DNA of 64,000 nt, taken from the NCBI GenBank assembly GCA_021613535.1, contig CP075492.1, positions 17,236,001-17,300,000 of the forward strand, in the 5' to 3' direction. Shown here in pieces: positions 13,122-24,338 of the stretch. Position 1 is the first letter of the stretch, and every line of letters starts with the position of its first letter. Under the pieces are notes generated by a model, which saw only the letters and a list, made by a program, of their open reading frames with translations, searched no databases and was not told where the DNA came from. The stretch comes from Adineta vaga. Taxonomy: Eukaryota > Animalia > Rotifera. The position numbers and the translations under genes were made by a program.

Positions 13122-14111
13122 ATGGAAGAAGATTTCTCTAATGAAACTGAATTCGACGAAGTTGAAACATATTTATCAAGACAAATTACATTTTATATAT
13201 TTCTTCTAATCGATATTCCATCAATTCTCTGTAGTTTATTACTTTTCTATAATTTTCTTCATTTTCATAATCAATTTCATCAACATCCTTCAAATCGAAT
13301 GCTTATTTCCTTACTAATTGTTTCATTTCTAATCAATATCATTGATATTCCCATGATAATAGCTCATTGTTATGATATCTTTTATATTGAATCAATGTCA
13401 GCACCCGGAAGTTTTTGTATATTTTGGCTCTTGTATGATTATATACTCTATTCATTATATTTATGGTTAATGGCTCTTTCTTGTTTTGAACGTTATTTAA
13501 TGATATTTTATAAACATTTAATAACTCGAAATCGTCTATTTCATTTTCTTCTTTATTATATAACATTATTATTAACTATAATATTTCCATTGATTTGGTA
13601 TATTTATTTAATATTAATTTATCCATGTGAACAAAATAGTTTTGATTATACGCAAATGACATGTGAAGCATCATGTTATGAAATTGTTGGTGATACAATC
13701 ATTGAAAATATTGATTGGATTTTAGCGAATTTATTACCAATATTTTTAGTTATTTTATTTATTTTAATTATAATCATTCGTGTTGTTTATCAAAAATATA
13801 AAATTAGTCGAAATTTAATGCAACGAAGGATATGGAAACGAACACGAAAAATGTTTCTTCAACTTTTACCAATTGGATTTCTATTTTTATTATTTAATAT
13901 TCCTGTTATAACTGTTGGTATGCTTGGTATTTATGATCCATGGTTTAATACAATTCCATATTATTATGCGAATTTATTTGAATATTTTCTACCACTTTTA
14001 ATGCCATTTGCGATTCTATCAAAACAAAAACAAATACAAAAACAATTTGTTAAATTATTGAAATTAAGAAGAACAATTCGAATTCAACCATTTGGAATAG
14101 AAACGAGTTAA
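13122..14111 (+). CDS. Orphan rhodopsin-like GPCR, intronless
   Basis: 329 aa with 7 TM segments, the SCFERY motif and a Cys at the top of TM3. Confidence 0.85.
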   Translation: MEEDFSNETEFDEVETYLSRQITFYIFLLIDIPSILCSLLLFYNFLHFHNQFHQHPSNRMLISLLIVSFLINIIDIPMIIAHCYDIFYIESMSAPGSFCIFWLLYDYILYSLYLWLMALSCFERYLMIFYKHLITRNRLFHFLLYYITLLLTIIFPLIWYIYLILIYPCEQNSFDYTQMTCEASCYEIVGDTIIENIDWILANLLPIFLVILFILIIIIRVVYQKYKISRNLMQRRIWKRTRKMFLQLLPIGFLFLLFNIPVITVGMLGIYDPWFNTIPYYYANLFEYFLPLLMPFAILSKQKQIQKQFVKLLKLRRTIRIQPFGIETS

Positions 14112-15003
14112 TTAATACAAACAACTGTTTTTATCTTTCATTTCCTTTTCCTTTAACAAAAGAAAATAATTTACAAATTCTAAGAAGAAGTAACAATTCA
14201 ATTAATAAAGAAAATCCAGACAGCTGCGGTAATTTGATACGTTGAATACCTTGAGGATGTGGGTTAATCATTTTCATAAAGAAAAAAAAAGAAATCAATT
14301 CAAGACAACTTAAGAATTATCTGACGAACTTGAAAAATGTTCAGCTTTTTTATGTAAGATTTGAATATAGCTAAGTTGTGATAATGAAGGAAAAAACCAG
14401 AGATTTACGTCCATATTCGTACTACATGTATTTACAATCATAGTTATGTACTATGTATTTAAACCGTGATTAATAGACCAACGCCATCTTTTTTATTTGA
14501 AACTAAGATTTATGCTATTGGTATTTTGTCTTTTTTGTTTCTCTAATTAACTAATAGTAATTGCATAACCATGAAGAGTTGTATTGAAAGAAAAAAAGGT
14601 AGAAGTACATTCGATCAAAAACAAGTGAACAAAACACAATATATCAATAGAAAACCTATGTATACATTCGTTACATTACCCGTCGAATTCGTATATCGAA
14701 TTCTCGATCATCTGGATCATTTTCATCTCTTTTGCTCGATGCATAATGTGTGTCAGCGATTGAATCAAATTCTTTTTTTTTTTTTTAACATTAATAATTT
14801 ATTTGTGCCATAAAAGGTTCACAATGAAAAGAAAAAGAAAGAGATATATTTCATTATAGAGAGAGAAAAAAAGAGAAACGCGTATACAAATTCAATTTTC
14901 TAAGTAGAAACATTTTGACATAGTGACATCTATTCTGAGTATTGACTTACGAGATATATTTTCGACATGGAAAACTTGTACAGGTGATGTATAAAAGAAA
15001 AAG

Positions 15004-17985
15004 TTAATTAGATATGGAAAGAAGTTTATATACAAATATATTTAGATATTCTGTTGAGTGACAGAAATACTCATATTGCCTCTTATGATTGTCTCTAAAT
15101 ATCATCCAATCATTTTTGCTATGTATGGCTCTCTTTGCCAATCTATTCGGGAAGGAACTATTTTTTCGAAAGTCACAGTCTTTATACCATGTGTTAAACC
15201 TCACTGGTGACACTGCACATAAGTAGGCTGTCCATGACTGCTGGTATACAAGCCCTTCTGACGCATTTTCAAGATGATACGAGAATTTCGACCAATATTT
15301 GTACAGGTAATCGTATAAGGATTTTTCACGACTTAAAATGAGTGTTGATGTATCATCCCATCCAGCTAGGCAGTAAACTTTTCTTATACCAGAACAGTAT
15401 ATTGTGATTATTTTTTCCTTCTGTCTTTCAGTGAAATAAAACCACGTGGAAAACAACCAGAAGAGATGAGGGAGCGCAAAGGCACAGAATATTCTTTTTC
15501 TACATTTTATGTTTTTTTGTGAAATGTTTTTAAACAGAAACCCCATTGCACCATATATTTTTCTAATTGTTTTACATTTCGCATTTATGTATTCGCCCCA
15601 TCCTAGTTTCGTTGTAATTTGTACTCCTAGGTATTTAAAGGCTGATACGAACTCAATTTTTTGTTTCTTGAATTCAATTTTTGGAAACAGAGGTACTACA
15701 ACACTATGAATGATCATTGCTTTCGTCTTTTGTATATTGACTGGAAGAATGATATTATCTGAGTATTTTTCAAGTATTATCATAACTTCTTCTGCTTTCT
15801 TTTCAAGATACCTTATGTTCACCGAAAACTTATCTTCTAGTTGCCCGAACATAACTAATGCTAGATCGTCAGCAAACAAATGTGATGTAGCTTGGAAAAA
15901 GATGGTAGGTAAGAAGTGAATATGAAGACGAAATAGCGTAGCTGCAAGAATTGAACCCTGTGGTGCACCTACGAACATAGAAATTGTTCTAGATGCTTTT
16001 TCTCCATGATGGATAGATAGAGATCTTCCCTTTAACCAGGATGCTATCCATTTTATTAGCTGGAGTGGCATTTCAAGTCTCATTAATGTCGATATAAGAG
16101 ACGGAAACCACATCCTGTCGAACGCAGACAGGAAGTCGACAAAAATTACTAGCGCAGGTCTGTTGCATGCTGCTATATTGAGTCTTACATCTTCAATTAG
16201 CGATACTATTCTAGTTTGAAGTCTTCTTTGAGGTGAAAAACCCGACTGTTCGTCTACATATATGTTTTTCTCTTCACACCATTTCAAAATTCTACTATGT
16301 ATGATACGTTCATACCATTTGCCAATATTTGGCAGAAGCGAGATTGGCCTTAATTTGCTTTCTGATGGGTATAACCCATCTTTCGATAGACAGATAACTT
16401 TTGCATGTTTACTGGATTCAAAAAACTCTCCTTTTTGAGCACTTTTATTGAATAGAATCGTTATTATATTCATATATTCGAACGGAAGTTGTTTTAGCAT
16501 GTAGGCTGAAGTCCCAGCACTGTCTGTTGATTTTTTTCCTTTAAATTTCTTCCATTCTTTTGTTACTTCTAGAATTGATATTTGTTCTAATGGAATATTT
16601 GGAGTATAATCAATCTGACTTATTTTTTCAACTGCTGATCTGTGCATTGGATTATTCTGATCAAAACTTGGCTCTTTAAAATGTTCTTCATAAAAATCGG
16701 CGAGTATATCAACAATTTTTTGTGAATCAGTAATCTTCTCGTTATTCTTCGTTATTCCTCTAAAAGGAGGAGAGAAACTATGAAATGAATTCTTTACATA
16801 TTTCCATATGTTTTGTCCTTCATCTATCCATGCTAATTTTCTTTCTCTTTGTAAATGTAGAAAGTGAGTACGTTCATTTAGATAGATTTCCTTTAGAGAC
16901 AAATAATATTGTAGATCGTAGATATTTCGACTTCTTCTATATTTTCTTCTTGCTCTATTTGTAGATTTAGCCAATAAAACTAGATTTATTGGCCATGGGG
17001 GTCTATATTTATTGCTCAACTCGTATGTACTACATCTATCCCACAAAGAAGTTAAAAATGTTGAGAATAGTTTGAAAAAATTTTGTTCATCTATGTTATA
17101 AACAACTGATAGCCAATATTCATATACTATACTGAGAAAAAAAGAAAAGACTTTCCAATTTGTTATTCTAAAGTATTGACTATCGATGGCTATAGATGAT
17201 TGAAATAGTATCGGATAGTGATCTGATGTTCCTTCGTCCAGGACCTCTGAGGTCCAGCCGGATGCATCGTTTGATACTCCAAAATCGATGATTGAATCCG
17301 ATCTTCTAGACGTTTTTCTATTTGGTACGATCATTTCATAGTTACTGTTTCCTAACCAGTCATATAAGTGTGTACCGCTTTGATTAGTTTTTTTACAACT
17401 CCACTCAGAATGCTTTGCATTATAGTCACCGAAAATAAAAAATTTTTTGTCTGTATGCTTTGCGATTAGTTGAAAAGGTGGTACTGTTCCTGGGGGAATG
17501 TAAATTGCACCTAAGTAGATTACTTGTTGATCTAGAGTAATTTCTGTTAATATAAAATTTAGATCTTTTTCTTTTACTTTGCAATTTAATTGACTTTGAT
17601 GTAGAATCATTACTCCTCCGTAAGAGTTCGTTCCTTTCTGAGTTATAGTCACATAGTTAGGAAAAGAGATATTCTTTCTAACCGCTGTTCCTACTCCTGT
17701 CAGTATACATACATGAGGATGATAATTAGAGATTAATTGATCAACATCTGCAATATGAGTATTTAATCCCTCAACATTATACACAAGACATAATAGATTC
17801 TGATTTACATTAAGAGGACGTTCTTTTTTCCAGGTGGAAGAAAGATAGGAGATTGAAAGACGAGAGTTCCATTCATTTACAATTTCATTTACAAGTGTTT
17901 TTTCTTTTTGACTTCCTTCAAAGTGTTTGATTCGATGTGTATCGATCAATGGCGACGAAAAGTGAAAAAAATTACCGTTAATCAT
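15004..17985 (-). CDS. LINE ORF2: apurinic endonuclease + reverse transcriptase (no RNase H evident)
   Basis: APE motifs YNVEG, GDYNAKH, IDF and SDHYP. RT motifs RPISLL, QSGF, VDFLSAFD, GAPQGSIL, FADD and KYLGV. Confidence 0.95.
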   Translation of the reverse strand: MINGNFFHFSSPLIDTHRIKHFEGSQKEKTLVNEIVNEWNSRLSISYLSSTWKKERPLNVNQNLLCLVYNVEGLNTHIADVDQLISNYHPHVCILTGVGTAVRKNISFPNYVTITQKGTNSYGGVMILHQSQLNCKVKEKDLNFILTEITLDQQVIYLGAIYIPPGTVPPFQLIAKHTDKKFFIFGDYNAKHSEWSCKKTNQSGTHLYDWLGNSNYEMIVPNRKTSRRSDSIIDFGVSNDASGWTSEVLDEGTSDHYPILFQSSIAIDSQYFRITNWKVFSFFLSIVYEYWLSVVYNIDEQNFFKLFSTFLTSLWDRCSTYELSNKYRPPWPINLVLLAKSTNRARRKYRRSRNIYDLQYYLSLKEIYLNERTHFLHLQRERKLAWIDEGQNIWKYVKNSFHSFSPPFRGITKNNEKITDSQKIVDILADFYEEHFKEPSFDQNNPMHRSAVEKISQIDYTPNIPLEQISILEVTKEWKKFKGKKSTDSAGTSAYMLKQLPFEYMNIITILFNKSAQKGEFFESSKHAKVICLSKDGLYPSESKLRPISLLPNIGKWYERIIHSRILKWCEEKNIYVDEQSGFSPQRRLQTRIVSLIEDVRLNIAACNRPALVIFVDFLSAFDRMWFPSLISTLMRLEMPLQLIKWIASWLKGRSLSIHHGEKASRTISMFVGAPQGSILAATLFRLHIHFLPTIFFQATSHLFADDLALVMFGQLEDKFSVNIRYLEKKAEEVMIILEKYSDNIILPVNIQKTKAMIIHSVVVPLFPKIEFKKQKIEFVSAFKYLGVQITTKLGWGEYINAKCKTIRKIYGAMGFLFKNISQKNIKCRKRIFCAFALPHLFWLFSTWFYFTERQKEKIITIYCSGIRKVYCLAGWDDTSTLILSREKSLYDYLYKYWSKFSYHLENASEGLVYQQSWTAYLCAVSPVRFNTWYKDCDFRKNSSFPNRLAKRAIHSKNDWMIFRDNHKRQYEYFCHSTEYLNIFVYKLLSISN

Positions 17986-20029
17986 TTGACATTAAGCTTT
18001 TTATAGCCTGAACCATTAACGATCCTTGCTGCTCTACTAAAATATTCATTGCTTTTTGATTTGTAGTTAGTAAGTCGTTTCTGTCTTTAATGTATGCAAG
18101 TGATTGGGAGATGTGGTTTAGTACACTATGTGGTTCCGACATGTCTTTTTCAGTTAGATTCGACATACCATTATTCAGGATTAGACGCTGTATCACCTCG
18201 AGAGTTGAAGATAAAATTGGTAGTACTTCATTTATAGTTGTGTAACATCTTTCAATGTTTTCGTTTTGTGTTTTTGATTGTTGTGAGATTATTAGAAGTA
18301 TACTTCCCATTTTCTTTATGTGATCAGAATATTTCGATTGTATATTTTGCACCTTGAGGTTTAATTCAGCTTTCATTTCATTAATTTCATCTTGCTTTTT
18401 CTTTAGATCATCCCAGATTGATTGACTTGTTTGTTGTACAATGTTTCCTTGACTATTGTTTGGATTAATTGTTGGCCAGGCATGTGTAGAAAGATTGAAA
18501 GGTATTTGTTTGTTGAGATTCGATGTTTTACAGGTATTTTTGAATTCAGGATTGTACAATATGCGACTTCTTTTGTTGCCATGGTCCCGACATTCCATTG
18601 GAATAAAAAGATTAACATCTGGAGGTAAGAGATTTGGTTGTTCTTTGAGTTTTCGAAGTAATGACCTTCTATATTCTATTAAGTAATAGCATTGATAATC
18701 TGTAGATAGGTGATTAAGGTTGCATCTATGACATTTAATTTCACATTCTTTGTGATCACCTTTGGTACGATCATTTCCACACCTTCTGCACGCATCGTAC
18801 TCAAAGGTACATTTGCTTCTAACATGCCCAGGATCGTTACACTTGGAACATATTAGTAATCTTGGAGCAGTAAGGAATTCCTGAGCTTCAATTATTCTAC
18901 CATCGATCGTAATTCCACCACTTTTGAGAATTCTATTGTACTCGTTAATAGACGTTAGTTCGATTCGTACATGCCGTGTTCTTTCAGATATCGATCCTTT
19001 CATGTCCTCAATATTGTATATTGATTCATCTGTGATTCCAAGTTCAGCTGTTATGTCTTCATTATTTATGTGGTTTGGTACGTATTTTAGGACGATTGAG
19101 TGTTGAGCAGGTAAATGTTTTGGTTTATTAATTTGTATTTTCGTGTTTCGTATCATATCAGGATATTTACTGTTGTCACATAGAAATATGAACAGTTCTA
19201 TGTGACGTGTATAGCACACTATATCTCCATTCTTATTAATATACCAGGTGTCAAAGCCTAATGGGTGATTGAAGCATTTATTAAGGTTTCGAAAATCCTT
19301 TTCAATGTAATTTAGTATTTCCTTTATAATATCTTTTGCATCAGCTCCGTGACTGATCTTCGGATGACATATATAAGTTAATGGAGGTAAATGTTTTTCA
19401 ACTGCATAATGTAGTGCTTTCTGTGAGATTTGAACTTCTTCATCTGCTTTATCATTTGTATTTTTCTTCTCACATATATATTCCAGTTCAGGTGATTCAT
19501 TTAAGTATCGTTCAGTTTGTCTTTCATTTGTTTCATCAACATAATTTCTAGCATTATTATCTTCTTTATTTTCTTGATGTTTATTCTTTGTATTTGTAGA
19601 TCCAACAAAAGTAATTTCACCATTACCATTTTTATTCGTTCTGTTGTTTTTGTTCACAAAGATACGTCCGTTCGATACTATGTTCGGTGACTGTGTGTTG
19701 TTATCAATAGTCAACTTGTCTCTGTTGTTTTGTCCGTTTATACATTGTTTTTTCACTCTTTTGTTGTAGCAAACTGGAATAAAACGTTCATCAACGTCTC
19801 CATAGTTATTATCACCGAGTTGACTTGTTGCGGTAAGTGTTCGCTTGAAAGATTGATTATCTTTTGATGTTGAATTACATTTTAGGTTTAAAGGTTGATC
19901 AAGATCATTATTATTTTGTGAATCATGTTGTTGAATCATTTCAATAATCATTGCATCATTTTCATCGCATATTTTGTCTTTGTCTTTAGAAGACATTTGT
20001 TCATATCGATTGTATGTGTATTGAGACAT
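17978..20029 (-). CDS. LINE ORF1, gag-like nucleic-acid binding protein
   Basis: Three CCHC-type knuckles (CSKCNDPGHVRSKC, CRRCGNDRTKGDHKEC, CHRCNLNHLSTDYQC), preceded by an RRM-like region and followed by a coiled coil. Confidence 0.9.
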   Translation of the reverse strand: MSQYTYNRYEQMSSKDKDKICDENDAMIIEMIQQHDSQNNNDLDQPLNLKCNSTSKDNQSFKRTLTATSQLGDNNYGDVDERFIPVCYNKRVKKQCINGQNNRDKLTIDNNTQSPNIVSNGRIFVNKNNRTNKNGNGEITFVGSTNTKNKHQENKEDNNARNYVDETNERQTERYLNESPELEYICEKKNTNDKADEEVQISQKALHYAVEKHLPPLTYICHPKISHGADAKDIIKEILNYIEKDFRNLNKCFNHPLGFDTWYINKNGDIVCYTRHIELFIFLCDNSKYPDMIRNTKIQINKPKHLPAQHSIVLKYVPNHINNEDITAELGITDESIYNIEDMKGSISERTRHVRIELTSINEYNRILKSGGITIDGRIIEAQEFLTAPRLLICSKCNDPGHVRSKCTFEYDACRRCGNDRTKGDHKECEIKCHRCNLNHLSTDYQCYYLIEYRRSLLRKLKEQPNLLPPDVNLFIPMECRDHGNKRSRILYNPEFKNTCKTSNLNKQIPFNLSTHAWPTINPNNSQGNIVQQTSQSIWDDLKKKQDEINEMKAELNLKVQNIQSKYSDHIKKMGSILLIISQQSKTQNENIERCYTTINEVLPILSSTLEVIQRLILNNGMSNLTEKDMSEPHSVLNHISQSLAYIKDRNDLLTTNQKAMNILVEQQGSLMVQAIKSLMSND

Positions 20030-21069
20030 TTTATTGATTAATTAGTGTTCTTTTAATGATAATGAATAATAAATAATATGCACTATGTAAGGTACATACA
20101 GTACACATACATAAGAGGAGAATAGAAAAAAGATACGTCTTTCTGCCGTCGTGCGAAGAGAGGAGTGAGCGATTGAATCAAATTCTCGATACTTATCATC
20201 GATATCAAGTAAATTTCTATCTTCGTGGAAAAAGAACACTCTATACCATTGAATAGATTAGCTAGAAGACAAGTTAATTGATCATTCTTTAATATATTGC
20301 GACAAAATCAGTCAGTTACAGTCGCAAGTTTTCTAGTACATGTCTGATAACAAGAAAATAATTATGTGACAGGTTTTTCTACGTGAATTAATGGAGAATT
20401 TGATTTTATGGTGACGTAGAGGTATAATATTAAAAGAACTATATCACTCTACTTTTAGGAAAAATTTTCAAAACTCCTTATTTCTGTACTGATAATATGT
20501 TTTGTTATTCGTTTTTCTACAAATCAGATCGTCTTTGACACCAATGATTTTGACAGGACATCAAACTCTCAATCATGCATGGCATACCATGTTTGTAGAT
20601 TGAATTTTGTTTCATCAAAGAAACTGTTGTAACTGACTGTAGGCGTCCATCAGCCACATAAAAATATTTCTTACTTCACAACTATACCTATAAGATCAGC
20701 GTAGATTGCCATCTGATGTGAATTTGATTATAAAAAAGCGTTACAAAAGTAAGCAAAAATCGTCCAATGCTAAAATATACGTATCGATTACGGCTTTATC
20801 CTTAGCTGCTGAGTCCCCTCTAGACGACCCAAAAACCAATTTGAAACCTCCTGGTACATGAGTGAACAAGCATATATGATTTCCGTAACTTGACGTCGAA
20901 TAAGAAAAGACAAAAAAGTTAGAATATCGAGCACCGCTCCTCACAAAGGCACACTCACCTTGCAAATTTTCACATATCTATAAATCCATGCACTATACTA
21001 AATGTCAGACAACAGTAAATCAGTGAGCAAGCAGAACGTTATTAAACGAATTCTCAACAAGTCAACACG

Positions 21070-22171
21070 ACAATTAGCATTCAGTCTTCAATCATTTTAC
21101 CCATTCATAGCACTGTCTTGTTTAGACACTCACTACACTAGATCTCGCGAGAAACCGAATCGGAGATCAAGGAGTCCAACAATTGTCTGACGCTCTTCGA
21201 CTCAATACGGTAATCTTCATCCAATCTTCAACTTTTTTATCTTTCCATACTACTGTTTTATTTAGACACTTACTACATTAAATCTCTACGAAAATCAAAT
21301 CGGAGATCAAGGAGTACAGCAAGTGGCTGCTGCACTGAAAGTCAACGTGGTAATCTTCATTCAGTCTTCAACTTTCTTACTTCTCCATAGTGCTGTGTTA
21401 TTTAGACACTTACTGAACTAGATCTCGGGTGCAATCAGATAGGAGACCAAGGAATAGAGCATGTGGCTGCTGCGATGCTAGTCAACACAGTAATCTTTAT
21501 TTAGTCTTCTACTTTCTTATCTATTCATAGCACACTCTTATTTAGACGCTCACCACACTAAATCTCTACGAAAATCAAATCGGTGACCAAGGAGTACAGT
21601 ATTTGGCTGCTGCGCTGCAAGTCAATATGGTAATCCCCATTCGATCTTCAACTTTCTTATCTTTCCATAGAACTGTCTTGTTTAGAAACTCGCCACACTT
21701 AGTCTCTACGATAGTCAAATCGGTGACCAAGGAGCAAAGCATTTGGCTGCTGCGCTGCAAGTCAATATGGTAATCCCCATTCGATCTTCAACTTTCTTAT
21801 CTTTCCATAGAACTGTCTTGTTTAGAAACTCGCCACACTTAGTCTCTACGATAGTCAAATCGGTGACCAAGGAGCAAAGCATTTGGCTGCTGCGCTGCAA
21901 GTCAATACGGTACTCTTTAGTCTGTCTTCAATTGACTTACTCATTCATAACACACTCTTATTTAGGCACTCACCACGTTAGATCTCTACTATAATCTAAT
22001 TGGAGACCAAGGAGCACAGCATGTGGCTGATGCTCTGAAAGTCAACACGGTATAGTCTTCATTAAATCTTCACTTTCTTACCTTTTCATATTGCTCTTTT
22101 ATTTAGACACTCACTGCACTATATCTATACCACAATGAAATTGGTGACTGCGGGGCACAGCACATGGCTGA
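21070..22171 (+). repeat. Tandem 140-bp exon+intron array (84-nt LRR exon + 56-nt intron), 8 units
   Basis: Each unit has tttag|exon encoding xLxxLxLxxNxIGDQGxxxLAxALxVN|gt. Units around 21575-21907 are almost identical, including intron sequence. Confidence 0.92.
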
Positions 22172-22242
22172 GGGTGTGGGTGTGGGTGGGTGTGGGTGTG
22201 GGTGTGGGTGTGGGTATTAGACAGATCTAGTATCCACATCCT
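22169..22242. repeat. Telomere-like inverted-arm element with a long (TGTGGG)n left arm
   Basis: tgagggtgtgggtgtgggtgggtgtgggtgtgggtgtgggtgtgggt-attagacagatctagt(16)-atccacatcct. Confidence 0.85.
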
Positions 22243-23034
22243 TTCATATAACGAAAATTGGGAAAAAATTCATATATATATTGTAAGAAATAAGAAGACG
22301 AACACATCTCTAGAAGAATGTATCGATCTTAAAGCATTTTGCTTCGTATAATCTGTCTATTAATCTTTTCATCAATAAAAAGAATTTCCTTCGCGAAAAG
22401 ATTTGATATTTAAATAGAGAACATGTATATCGAAGCTTTTTCGCTTCAGATTCTTTATAATATATATTTGTTGTCGAAAACGTACTAAATATCATCTTGC
22501 AAATAAATAAAAAATGCTAATACTTATTATTAGTTATTGTAAATTCAATTAATATCTGAAACAAAAAGGTTTTCGCTTTAAGTTTAGTCTTTTCCCCTTT
22601 CAATGAATTAACTTTATTTAAATATGGATAAATGATTACACTTACAAATCTAATTTCATCTAATATACTATTGACAGATTTGAGTTGTGAAAATTTTTTT
22701 CCAATCTTCGATTCTCAATCTCAAACAATAAGTGTACGTTTGAAGAGAGAACAAATACAAAAAAAACATTCATTTTGGCCCACTATTTGGATGACTGTTA
22801 ACTGTCAGAGTATCTCGTTAAATGGATCCCTTTGTTTGCTCTAGATTTTGGAAGAAATATAAAAAGCAGCAAAATAAAAAAAACGTTGTCCAACCAAAAC
22901 AAAAGAGAAGCACATAGGAAGAGAATAGAGACCTATAGAATGAGCAAATTTTCGTCAGTCAATTATTGGTAACTTTTCAAAGGGACTAAATTTCACAATA
23001 CTCATTATATTCATCAGCAGAACAAATCAAATCA

Positions 23035-24338
23035 ATGGCAAACAGCACTGCAACAACTCAAACAACGGCTGGAGCTTCAAGAGACACACGTGGTCATTGT
23101 CGTCTTGATATTCAAAAGATTCAAAATGTTCTTCTTATATGGTTGGATAGCAATATCGATAACAACAACGAAGATTGTCAAAATACAATGAAACATCTTC
23201 GACGTGCTGTCAATGATTTAAACACTTACACCGATGACGATCAGTGCATCCAATTTATTGAGACAATCGAAAATCGAAAGGCGTGCATGATTATTTCAGG
23301 TTCACTTGGACAGCATATTGTTCCTCAAGTGCATAATTTGTCACAAGTGGACTCTATCTTTATCTTTTGTAGCAACAAGACACAGCATGAAGAATGGCCA
23401 AAGATCAAGGGAATCTTTTCAGAGATCAAACCCATCTGTGAAGCTCTCAAACAAACAGCACAACAATGTGAGCAAAATGCCGTTTCCATCGGTTTCATGG
23501 CATCTGGCAAAAATTTGGATCAACTAGATTCTTCTTTCATGTACACCCAGATACTCAAAGAAATACTATTAACCATTGATTTTCAAAAAAACCATATTGA
23601 AGAATTTGTTTATTATTGTCCTAATGCATTAGTGGATAATGCCGAAGAATTGGATAATGTCGAGCACTTGGTAAAGAGATATTATCAGAAAACTCCAATA
23701 TGGTGGTACACCAAGCAAAGTATTCTCTATCCCATGCTCAATCGTGCACTAAGAGAGATAAATGGTGATATTATGACACGAATAGGTTTCTTTATCAACG
23801 ATCTATATCGACACATCGAACAGGTGCACAAAGAACAACATATTGGGGAAATCTTCACAGTCTACCGTGGACAAGGATTATCCATCGCAGATTTCGAACA
23901 ATTGAAGCAAACTAAAGGTGGATTAGTATCATTTAACAATTTCTTATCCACCAGCAAGATTCGAACAGTTTCAGTTGATTTTGCCGAACGTGCTGCAACC
24001 AATCCAGATCTAGTAGGAATTCTCTTCGTAATGAAAATTGATCCAAAACAATCAACAACATCGGTTTGCTGTATGACGAGATGAGTGACTATCCAAATGC
24101 ACTTTCATATTATGAGAAAGCCCTTGCAATTCAGCAACAATCACTTCCTCAAAACCATCCTGATTTAGCTATGTCTTACAACAACACCGGTTTGGTATAT
24201 GAAAACATGGAGAACTATTCAAAAGCCTGTTCATTTTATGAGCGTGCTGTTCAAATAGCACAACAATCATTACCAATAAATCATCCTCATCGTCAAAAAT
24301 ATGAAAGAAACTTTGAGCGTGTGAAGAAGAAATTATAA
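23035..24338 (+). pseudogene. ART-TPR gene with an internal deletion and frameshift
   Basis: ART motifs VYRGQG and FLSTS are present but the ExE motif is missing. The sequence jumps at about 24060 into a TPR in another frame (NNIGLLYDEM...HPDLAMSYNN). Confidence 0.8.

Larger units (their letters stand above)
14774..20167 (-). mobile_element. Full-length non-LTR retrotransposon (APE-RT LINE, Jockey/I-group-like architecture)
   Basis: 19-bp TSD AGCGATTGAATCAAATTCT at 14755-14773 and 20168-20186. T-run at 14773-14786 is the polyA tail, preceded by AATAAA on the minus strand. Two intact ORFs. Confidence 0.95.
14658..22220 (+). pseudogene. F-box + LRR (RI/NLRC3-like) gene, disrupted by a LINE insertion and truncated at its 3' end
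   Basis: F-box MYTFVTLPVEFVYRILDHLD...CQRLNQIL continues after the element as DTYHRYQ|gtaaat (about 20187-20208). A degenerate LRR exon lies near 20990-21069, then 84-nt LRR exons start at 21126, 21266, 21406, 21546, 21686, 21826, 21966 and 22107 (last one truncated). Confidence 0.8.

Noticed and set aside
15509-19106. Short plus-strand ORFs within the LINE and similar nested or antisense ORFs elsewhere in the track
   Set aside because: They are shadows of long real ORFs and have no motifs of their own.
20741-20965. 74-aa minus-strand ORF inside the F-box-LRR locus
   Set aside because: Non-ATG start and no recognisable domain; cannot be supported as a gene.
21070-22171. CRISPR-like regular repeat array
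   Set aside because: Units are LRR-coding exons with GT-AG introns; there are no unique spacers and no cas genes.
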